Positions 57,198-64,000 of a stretch of 64,000 bases of DNA are shown here, piece by piece; position 1 is the first letter of the stretch; each line of letters starts with the position of its first letter. The stretch is from the NCBI GenBank assembly GCA_036744835.1, contig DAIOHD010000001.1:736064-800063 (forward strand), in the 5' to 3' direction. The notes below the pieces were generated by a model. It ran no database searches, was not told the DNA's origin, and worked only from the letters and a program-made list of their open reading frames with translations. Made by a program: the position numbers and the translations under genes. This stretch comes from Candidatus Magasanikiibacteriota bacterium (GTDB taxonomy: Bacteria; Patescibacteriota; Patescibacteriia; Magasanikbacterales; GWA2-37-8).

Positions 57198-57740
57198 ATG
57201 GGACTAGAAACCACGGGTTATATCCCGCCGGACTATAAACATTTTAAGACACCGGAAACATCTAAAAAATCTTTAACAAAAAATTCTATGGAAAAAAAAG
57301 TAACTCGCGAAGAAATGAGTGATATTTTGATGGAACGCCCAAAAATTGGAACTGATGAACTCTACAAAATATTAACGGAAGATTTAGACAGAGAAAAAGA
57401 GGAGGAATTAAGAAAAAAAGCAAAAAAAGAAGAGATGGTTGATCAAATTATATTAAACATGAAAGAATATTTAAATTCTCCCGAGCATGCCAAAAAAACC
57501 CAAGAAAATCTGTTTAAAGCCATAAGAGAAGCTATTAAAACCATAGAAGAACAGGGTGAAGAAATAATTAAACTAAAAATTGCCGGCCATAATACAGGAG
57601 CAAAAAAAGCACAGCCTATTCCACGAGAATTTAAAGGTAAAATTTTAGAAGGTACGGATGATGAAGAAGAAACAAAAATAGGAATTAATCCTTTACTTGA
57701 AGAAAATTATAATGAAACTGGAAAAGAAGCTAATTCTTAA
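57198..57740 (+). CDS. hypothetical Lys/Glu-rich coiled-coil protein
   Basis: 180-aa ORF, 30 bp after preceding gene. Confidence 0.45.
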   Translation: MGLETTGYIPPDYKHFKTPETSKKSLTKNSMEKKVTREEMSDILMERPKIGTDELYKILTEDLDREKEEELRKKAKKEEMVDQIILNMKEYLNSPEHAKKTQENLFKAIREAIKTIEEQGEEIIKLKIAGHNTGAKKAQPIPREFKGKILEGTDDEEETKIGINPLLEENYNETGKEANS

Positions 57741-57775
57741 AAAAATTGTAAATTAAAATAAATAATTTTAACTTT

Positions 57776-58180
57776 ATGTTTGAAGGAATGAAAAATTTTT
57801 TTAGTTCACCTCCCGATAAAAAAATCTCTGGTAAAAAAGTAGAGACTATCAGTTCAACTACACGAAAAAGTCAAGAAAAACCGTCTTACAAAAATACCGT
57901 CGGTTATGATGAAAACCTGGATAAAGGAGGAGTAATAATAGATTGGGGAAAAAATACTGATAATAGCAATAGTGGAACCAAAGAAGCCTACAAAGTAATT
58001 CTTGATGAACAAATGAAAGGAACTAACTTCCAAAACCGTCCTGATGCTATTCCTTTCAAAAAAGCTGACCCTAATTTTGTCGGAATGTCCGGAGATACAA
58101 AAACTTATGAAATTAATCCCGATGAAATTGATCTTAAAAAAACAAGAGATAAAATAGACAAGATGCGTCCTGCGGCTTAA
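57776..58180 (+). CDS. hypothetical protein
   Basis: 134-aa ORF, followed by bidirectional terminator. Confidence 0.45.
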   Translation: MFEGMKNFFSSPPDKKISGKKVETISSTTRKSQEKPSYKNTVGYDENLDKGGVIIDWGKNTDNSNSGTKEAYKVILDEQMKGTNFQNRPDAIPFKKADPNFVGMSGDTKTYEINPDEIDLKKTRDKIDKMRPAA

Positions 58181-58189
58181 AAAATAAAA

Positions 58190-58226
58190 ATAAAAACGAC
58201 CCAAAATCAAAGGGTCGTTTTTATTT
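58190..58226. terminator. bidirectional rho-independent terminator shared by fusA (minus) and the plus-strand island (aaaacgaccc-aaaatcaaa-gggtcgtttt)
   Basis: 10-bp stem with A-run and T-run on both sides. Confidence 0.65.
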
Positions 58227-58236
58227 TATTTTATTT

Positions 58237-60312
58237 TTATTTCTTTTTTCCGGTAATAATATTTTGTGCAACATTACCAGGCACCTCAGCATAATGAGAA
58301 AATTCCATAGTAGAACTGGCACGACCCTGAGTAATATTACGTAAGTTGGTGGTATAACCAAACATAGATGCCAACGGTACGATGGCACGTACGGCTTTGA
58401 GCTGACCACGATCAGTCATTTCTTGAATTTGACCGCGTTTGGAATTAAGATCACCAATCACATCTCCCATGAATTGTTCTGGAGTCAAAACTTCCACTTT
58501 CATAATAGGTTCTAAAATTATCGGGTTAGCTTTACGACAAGCATCTTGAAAAGCCATGGAGCCGGCCATTTTGAAAGCAGCTTCAGAAGAATCAACTTCG
58601 TGATAAGAGCCATCATAACAAGTAACTTTAACGTCCACTACCGGATACCCAGCTTGGATACCACGAGTAATAGCTTCTTTAACACCTTTTTCAATCGCCG
58701 GTAAATATTCACGAGGAACAACGCCACCTTTAACAGCATCAATAAATTCAAAACCTTTATTTTCTTCTTGTGGTTCCACGCGCAACCAACAGTGACCGTA
58801 TTGACCTCGACCACCGGATTGTTTGACATATTTACCCTCGGCTTCAGCGGAATTTTTAATAGTTTCTTTATAAGCAACCTGTGGCGCCCCGACATTGGCT
58901 TCAACTTTAAATTCACGCTTCATACGATCCACGATAATTTCCAAGTGAAGCTCACCCATACCTTCAATAATAGTTTGCAAAGTTTCTTCATCGGTGTGAA
59001 CCTTGAAAGTCGGATCTTCTTCAGTAAGTTTTTGTAAAGCCATGCCGATTTTTTCTTGATCAACTTTGGTCTTTGGCTCAATAGCAACGGAAATAACCGG
59101 TTCCGGAAAAGTAATCTTTTCCAAAACAATCGGTTTATTTTCATCACAAAGAGTGTCTCCGGTAACAGTATCTTTGAGCCCAATAGCAGCCGCAATTTCT
59201 CCGGCAAAAACCTCGTTAACATCCTCACGGTGATTAGAATGCATACGCACAATACGAGAAATTCTTTCTTTTTCACCTTTGGTGGAATTAAGCATATAGG
59301 AACCGGCTGAAATTTTTCCTGAATAAACACGGAAAAAAATAAGACGACCAACAAATGGATCAGTAGCCACTTTAAAAGCAAGCGCAGAAAAAGGCTCGTC
59401 GTCATTGGCTTTGCGAGTCATCGGTTCGTCGGTATCCGGATTAAGACCTTTGATCTCTGGTAAATCGGTTGGAGCAGGTAAATAATAATTTACAGCATCA
59501 AGTCCTAATTGAACACCGATATTTCCTAAAGCACTACCACACATCACTGGAAAAACTCTACTGGCAATTACCATTTCACGAATAGCTTTTTTAATTTCTT
59601 CGACAGTTAGTGTTTCACCATTTAAAAATTTGCCCATAGTTTCATCGTTGGCTTCAGAAATTTTTTCAATCATTTCCGCACGATATTTAACAACGTTTTC
59701 TTTCATGTCTTCCGGAATAGGAATTTCCACAATATTTTCACCATTTTTCCCTTCAAATTTATAAGCTTTTTCTTCTATCAAATCAACGATACCTGAAAAA
59801 GTGCTTTCAGCACCAATTGGTAATTGAATAGCTACTGCATCTTTACTCAAACGTTCTTTAATAGAAGCCAAGGTCATATAAAAATCCGCACCCATCTTAT
59901 CCATTTTATTGGCGAAAGCGATACGAGGTACATTATATTTAGTAGCTTGATGCCAAACGGTTTCTGATTGAGGTTCTACACCTTGAGATCCGTCAAACAA
60001 AGCAACAGCTCCATCAAGTACACGCAAAGAACGCTCTACCTCTACGGTAAAGTCTACGTGTCCGGGAGTATCAATCAAATTGATACGATGGTTTTTCCAA
60101 AAACAAGTGGTGGCAGCAGAAGTGATAGTAATACCACGCTCTTTTTCTTGTTCCATCCAATCCATTTCTGCGGCCCCTTCGTGCACTTCACCAATTTTAT
60201 GTTTGCGTCCGGTATAAAACAAAACGCGTTCGGAAAAAGTGGTTTTACCGGCATCAATGTGAGCCATGATCCCGATATTTCTAGTTTTATCCAAAGGATA
60301 TTCACGAGGCAT
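58237..60312 (-). CDS. fusA: elongation factor G
   Basis: [25 protein letters not shown]..., 691 aa five-domain EF-G. Confidence 0.95.
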   Translation of the reverse strand: MPREYPLDKTRNIGIMAHIDAGKTTFSERVLFYTGRKHKIGEVHEGAAEMDWMEQEKERGITITSAATTCFWKNHRINLIDTPGHVDFTVEVERSLRVLDGAVALFDGSQGVEPQSETVWHQATKYNVPRIAFANKMDKMGADFYMTLASIKERLSKDAVAIQLPIGAESTFSGIVDLIEEKAYKFEGKNGENIVEIPIPEDMKENVVKYRAEMIEKISEANDETMGKFLNGETLTVEEIKKAIREMVIASRVFPVMCGSALGNIGVQLGLDAVNYYLPAPTDLPEIKGLNPDTDEPMTRKANDDEPFSALAFKVATDPFVGRLIFFRVYSGKISAGSYMLNSTKGEKERISRIVRMHSNHREDVNEVFAGEIAAAIGLKDTVTGDTLCDENKPIVLEKITFPEPVISVAIEPKTKVDQEKIGMALQKLTEEDPTFKVHTDEETLQTIIEGMGELHLEIIVDRMKREFKVEANVGAPQVAYKETIKNSAEAEGKYVKQSGGRGQYGHCWLRVEPQEENKGFEFIDAVKGGVVPREYLPAIEKGVKEAITRGIQAGYPVVDVKVTCYDGSYHEVDSSEAAFKMAGSMAFQDACRKANPIILEPIMKVEVLTPEQFMGDVIGDLNSKRGQIQEMTDRGQLKAVRAIVPLASMFGYTTNLRNITQGRASSTMEFSHYAEVPGNVAQNIITGKKK

Positions 60313-60319
60313 AAATAAA

Positions 60320-60420
60320 TTTATTTAAGAAATTTAAGAGATTTAAGAAATTTAAGAGATTGAAAGATTTTTATAAAAACAAATAATTTTTTAAATCTTT
60401 TTAATCTTTAAATCTTTTAA
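60320..60420. repeat. AT-only palindromic spacer: tandem aagaaatttaagagattt x2 mirrored by tttaaatctttttaatctttaaatctttt
   Basis: Read directly; related word set (aaagatttaa / ttaaatcttt) also at 7101-7180 and 34860-34892. Confidence 0.4.
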
Positions 60421-60423
60421 ATA

Positions 60424-60900
60424 TTATTTGGCGAATCTGGCAAAATGAGCAAAAGCTTTATTAGCTTCGGCCATTCTGTGGACATCATCGCGTTTTTTGA
60501 TAGCATCACCCAATCCTTGAGAGGCTTCAAATAAAACAGTAGCTAATTTTTGAGCCATTGGCTGTCCTTTTTTTGCTTGAGCCGCTCCGATAATCCATCT
60601 GAAAGCTAAAGAATTTTGGCGTTCGCCACGAACTGGAAGTGGAACTTGATAATTGGCACCACCGACTCTTTTGGAACGTACTTCAACTTGAGGAGATACA
60701 GTACGAACAGCTTCTTCAAAAACACCCATGGCGTCTTTTTTGGCCAATAAAGCTATTTTTTCCAAAGCTTCATAAACTACTCTTTGAGCGGTATTTTTTT
60801 TGCCGTCTTGCATCACATAATTGATAAATTTAGCCAATAATACACTACCGTATTTTGGATCGGCAACAATACTTCTTTTTATTGCTTTTTTTCCACGCAT
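60424..60900 (-). CDS. rpsG: 30S ribosomal protein S7
   Basis: MRGKKAIKRSIVADPKYGS... Confidence 0.95.
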   Translation of the reverse strand: MRGKKAIKRSIVADPKYGSVLLAKFINYVMQDGKKNTAQRVVYEALEKIALLAKKDAMGVFEEAVRTVSPQVEVRSKRVGGANYQVPLPVRGERQNSLAFRWIIGAAQAKKGQPMAQKLATVLFEASQGLGDAIKKRDDVHRMAEANKAFAHFARFAK

Positions 60901-60920
60901 ATTAAAATATTTTATTTGAG

Positions 60921-61349
60921 TTATGCTTTCTTGGCTTTCGGTCTCTTTGTACCGTAAACACTTCGACCACGACGACGACTTTCAATACCTTGAGTATCAA
61001 AAACACCACGTACAATATGATAACGAACACCTGGTAAATCTTTTACTCTACCACCGCGAATCAAAACTATAGAGTGTTCTTGAAGATTATGTCCTTCTCC
61101 AGGAATATAAGCGATAACCTCTACACCATTACTTAAACGAACTTTGGCGACTTTACGCAAAGCGGAGTTTGGTTTTTTTGGAGTAGTGGTATAAACTTTG
61201 GTGCAAACACCTCGTTTAAAAGCGCATCCTTTGGCAAATACGGTTTTACGACGATGTAAATTATCAATCGTAAATTGTAAAGCTGGATTTTTGCTTTTAA
61301 CCACCTTACTTTTGCGCCCTTTTCTGATAACTTGGTTAATTGTCGGCAT
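60921..61349 (-). CDS. rpsL: 30S ribosomal protein S12
   Basis: [24 protein letters not shown]...[11 protein letters not shown]. Confidence 0.95.
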   Translation of the reverse strand: MPTINQVIRKGRKSKVVKSKNPALQFTIDNLHRRKTVFAKGCAFKRGVCTKVYTTTPKKPNSALRKVAKVRLSNGVEVIAYIPGEGHNLQEHSIVLIRGGRVKDLPGVRYHIVRGVFDTQGIESRRRGRSVYGTKRPKAKKA

Positions 61350-61509
61350 AAAAATGCTTTAATTTTAAACTCAAAAATGAGCTTTTTGTAAATTAAGTAA
61401 TAAAAAAACAACGTTTCAAAATCAGCCACGATTTCTTAACGTTTTTTAGACGTTTACGTTCGAATAAAATAATATCAAAATCAGATGACCTTGTCAAGGT
61501 GTTTGGATC

Positions 61510-61600
61510 TATAGTTTTTATCCCCGTGAACTTTCATGGGGTTTACCCTGTGAACTCCTGCCTTCGGCAGGGTCACCCGCTAAGGCGGGTGAAAGTTCAC
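61510..61600. ncRNA. structured element upstream of rpsL: 15-bp helix tttaccctgtgaact/agttcacagggtaaa enclosing two short hairpins (cctgcc-ttc-ggcagg and cacccgc-taag-gcgggtg), preceded by ccccgtgaactttcatgggg
   Basis: Perfect 15-bp inverted repeat at 61532-61546 / 61584-61598. Shares the GGGGTTTACCC(t/c)GTGAA motif with 9568-9640 and 10275-10290. Confidence 0.4.
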
Positions 61601-61624
61601 AGGGTAAATAAAAAAAGCGCCACC

Positions 61625-61960
61625 TTATTTACGGTCGCGCTGTGAGATTAAGACTGTAAGCCAGTCTCTTAGATATCTATTAAAACTCTCATCTTCGGTC
61701 AAAATGATATTTTGAGGAAAACAGTAGATTGTATTTCTCTCAAAATTTTTTATCTTCTGGCCGTCTTTCACCTCTACCATTTTTTTGTTGTTTTGATGAT
61801 TTTCCGAGCTTACTATTATATTTTGAGGAAAATAATAAACAGTGCCCATCTCAAGTTTTTCTAACTTATCACCTTTTTCCACTTTTACAAACCTAGTCAG
61901 ACTCTTTTTATCACCTTCACAGCCCTTTGAATCTTGGGTAACCATGATAACCTCCGACAA
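61625..61960 (-). CDS. hypothetical protein with internal tandem repeat (TVYYFPQNIIVSSENHQ / TIYCFPQNIILTEDESF)
   Basis: 111-aa ORF; duplicated ~35-aa unit visible in translation. Confidence 0.4.
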   Translation of the reverse strand: MSEVIMVTQDSKGCEGDKKSLTRFVKVEKGDKLEKLEMGTVYYFPQNIIVSSENHQNNKKMVEVKDGQKIKNFERNTIYCFPQNIILTEDESFNRYLRDWLTVLISQRDRK

Positions 61961-62362
61961 AAAAATAATAAAAAATAAAACAAAGAACGAGTTACATTAC
62001 CTTATTTTGACGTTTTTGTCAATACCCTCATCCCCACCCCGCCCGGACCTTCTTTTTTTATAAAAAACAACTGGTAAGGCGAGCATTTGTAATCGCGAAG
62101 ATAAAATTTATAGACGAGCTGAGCGTTAAAAAATTCCACTTGTTTGAGCCCGAAGGGTGAGTTTGGAATTTTAGTGAAGCGACGTCATAAATTTACGTAG
62201 CGATTATAACAGCGAGCGATTTTCTTTCAGTCCACTTTCTTTTCTAAAAAGAAAGTGGACAAAACTGCGAAGCAAAATAAAAATATTTAGAAAGAAGGAT
62301 GTTGGAATAACAAGGGAGACAAAAACTCTCCCTTAATCCCTCTCTTGAGGAAGAGAGGGAAA

Positions 62363-63661
62363 CTACAGCAAAGGTACCTGTCTGAATTTATTTATCTCTT
62401 TCTCCCCCACCAACCCTATCTTCCCATACACCCCATCATATCCCGGAGACAGATCTACCCTGCCAGTACGCATATTATTGATAGCTAACCACAGCTCCGG
62501 ATATTTTGTATGTTGCAAAATTTCCTTTTCACCAGCTTTTGTCAAAATATAAAATTCCGAACCGATATTTTTGATCAGATGTTCGTATTCGGCTACAACT
62601 TTTTTGGATTTGGGGCCAACTTCCAAAATTTGCGATAAAATTTCCAGGAGCGGGACAATATATTTGTGCGGAATAAATTTTTCCCACGGAATTTCGCTCA
62701 CTTCCCTACTGGCCAAATCATCCACCCTGTGTTCCACCCCTATGACCAGAGGTTTTTTGCATTTCGGGCAAATATTTTTTTCTTTCTTGCTTTGTTTGGG
62801 AGATAAACAAACACCGCAAACCGCATGACCGTCGTATTGGTACATTCCTTCTTCTGGATAAAATTCAATTGTATATAAAAACTTTTTTCTATCTCCAGTA
62901 AAAATTATTTTTTTGATTTCATCATAAGTAATTTTGTTTTCGTCGGCAAAAGAAAAAACATTTGCTTCACGTCCTAGTTTATCCAAACTATGGGCATCAG
63001 AATTTGATACCAAAGTTATTTTATCTAGTTTTTCCAAGCGATGGTTCATGTTTGGGTCACTACTTAACCCTGTTTCTATCGCACAAATTTGGGGAGTGAG
63101 CTCTTCAAAACATTCTTCCAAACTGTCATAACCGGATTTGGAACCGAAAATAGCATACCAAGGAGTCCAGGCGTGCGCCGGAATCATAAAACATCTTTTG
63201 TCGGCTTTCAAAATCAGCTGTAAAAGTTTTTTTGCCGACATGCCGATAATCGGCCGGCCATCGGATCGGCGATTCAAACCCAGTTTATCAAAATCATCAT
63301 TGATTTTTTCCACCGCCTGCAAACTCGGCGCGAAAATGAGCAAGTGTACCCGACGGGTTTTATCTTTGTCTTTATAAATACAAGAAATTTCCGTACCAAG
63401 TATGAAGCGTGTCGGATTTTTCCCCTCCTTTTGTGAAGAGGAGGGCGAGGGTGGAGTCTTTAATTCAAAAAGTCCGCTATTACCAATTTCTTTCAATTCT
63501 TTTTGAATATGTTCAAACCATTTCGGGTGGGTAAAATCACCGGTGGCCACAATATCAATCCCTTTTTTGAGACACATGGCGGCAATTTTTGGCAATTCCA
63601 AATCCGGGCTACAAGCCCGTGAATATTTGGAGTGGATATGTAAATCAAGAATTTTTTCCAT
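62363..63661 (-). CDS. PHP-domain phosphoesterase with internal C4 zinc finger (endonuclease Q-like family)
   Basis: LDLHIHSKYSRACSP PHP N-terminus, ...GDFTHPKW..., later AHAWTPW, NSDAHS, and CGVC...CPKC finger. Contains low-complexity insert TPPSPSSSQKEG (see findings). Confidence 0.6.
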   Translation of the reverse strand: MEKILDLHIHSKYSRACSPDLELPKIAAMCLKKGIDIVATGDFTHPKWFEHIQKELKEIGNSGLFELKTPPSPSSSQKEGKNPTRFILGTEISCIYKDKDKTRRVHLLIFAPSLQAVEKINDDFDKLGLNRRSDGRPIIGMSAKKLLQLILKADKRCFMIPAHAWTPWYAIFGSKSGYDSLEECFEELTPQICAIETGLSSDPNMNHRLEKLDKITLVSNSDAHSLDKLGREANVFSFADENKITYDEIKKIIFTGDRKKFLYTIEFYPEEGMYQYDGHAVCGVCLSPKQSKKEKNICPKCKKPLVIGVEHRVDDLASREVSEIPWEKFIPHKYIVPLLEILSQILEVGPKSKKVVAEYEHLIKNIGSEFYILTKAGEKEILQHTKYPELWLAINNMRTGRVDLSPGYDGVYGKIGLVGEKEINKFRQVPLL

Positions 63662-64000
63662 AATCAAAATCATTGTATTCCAACACCATTTCCTTATCCC
63701 CAGTCGCTGTTTTGAAAGTCAGTTTATCTGCAAATAATGCAATGCTTTTATCAGAAAGTGGTTTTTCAGCTCCATATTTAATATCACCAATCAATGGATG
63801 GCCAAGATGTGCAAATTGCACACGGATTTGATGATGGCGTCCGGTTTTGAGATTTATTTTTACCAAAGTATTTCCTTTTATTTCTTTTACCACTTCATAA
63901 TCCAATTCCGCGCGTTGACTGCCAGCAACTTCTCTATCAAAAATTTCCGCTTTATTATTTTTTTCATTATGTTTGAGAAAATTTATCAGCGTGCCTTTTT
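63645..64000 (-). CDS. RluA-family pseudouridine synthase, C-terminal part (gene continues beyond window end)
   Basis: TGRHHQIRVQFAHLGHPLIGDIKYG motif; ORF open to window edge. Confidence 0.75.
   Translation of the reverse strand, partial: KGTLINFLKHNEKNNKAEIFDREVAGSQRAELDYEVVKEIKGNTLVKINLKTGRHHQIRVQFAHLGHPLIGDIKYGAEKPLSDKSIALFADKLTFKTATGDKEMVLEYNDFDYGKNS

Overview
Likely source. The window is AT-rich (about 33-35% GC by eye) and reads as a small-genome bacterium. From gene content and architecture I infer a Candidate Phyla Radiation / Patescibacteria-like organism. The supporting observations are: (i) the ribosomal superoperon lacks rpmD (L30); (ii) a signal-peptide protein carries a T4SS-pilin-like hydrophobic hairpin; (iii) intergenic spacers are packed with small palindromic repeat families.

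Conserved backbone.
- 1-392 (-): dnaE 5' fragment.
- About 900-8900: a small hypothetical and a DUF948-like membrane protein, the rseP-pheS-pheT operon (-), then lemA and htpX (+).
- 10.6-15.2 kb: a phosphohexomutase, a NUDIX hydrolase and a clpC-like AAA+ chaperone.
- 19.1-22.9 kb: radA (+), recG (-) and a tRNA-Arg.
- 23.5-36.8 kb: tRNA-Val, an LCP-family protein, der, pth, dprA, topA, rel, parAB and tRNA-Leu.
- 37.9-42.9 kb: a metallophosphoesterase, an LD-carboxypeptidase, and recO-ruvX-map-adk on the minus strand.
- 42-61 kb: a long minus-strand str/S10/spc-type ribosomal superoperon, running rpsL-rpsG-fusA ... tuf-rpsJ ... rplC through rplO-secY-adk-map and ending with ruvX-recO.
- Window end: an EndoQ-like PHP/Zn-finger protein and a 3' fragment of an RluA-family pseudouridine synthase.

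Non-routine content.
- A cell-surface module at 15.2-19.1 kb: a membrane protein, a TolB-like beta-propeller, a DsbA-like oxidoreductase, and a signal-peptide protein that fuses a Cys-rich pilin-like domain to an M15 (VanY-type) zinc peptidoglycan peptidase.
- A 3-kb island of four unrecognisable genes inserted between fusA and tuf. fusA carries its own terminator, and a perfect consensus sigma70 promoter drives the convergently oriented island genes.
- Two tandem ankyrin-repeat genes and a 2-kb hypothetical gene with clearly higher GC than their surroundings.
- At least three interspersed repeat or structured-element families: a roughly 110-bp MITE-like element in three copies, a GTCATT...AATGAC-bounded element in about four copies with one copy nested inside a MITE copy, and a GGGGTTTACCC/GTGAA stem family.
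- A UUCG-capped structured RNA candidate next to tRNA-Leu that carries an inverted 15-nt copy of the tRNA 3' end.
- A 370-bp structured spacer with an internal promoter between rpsJ and rplC.

No CRISPR array, rRNA or recognisable transposase/integrase is present. All calls rest on reading the translations and the nucleotide sequence by eye. No database searches were run.
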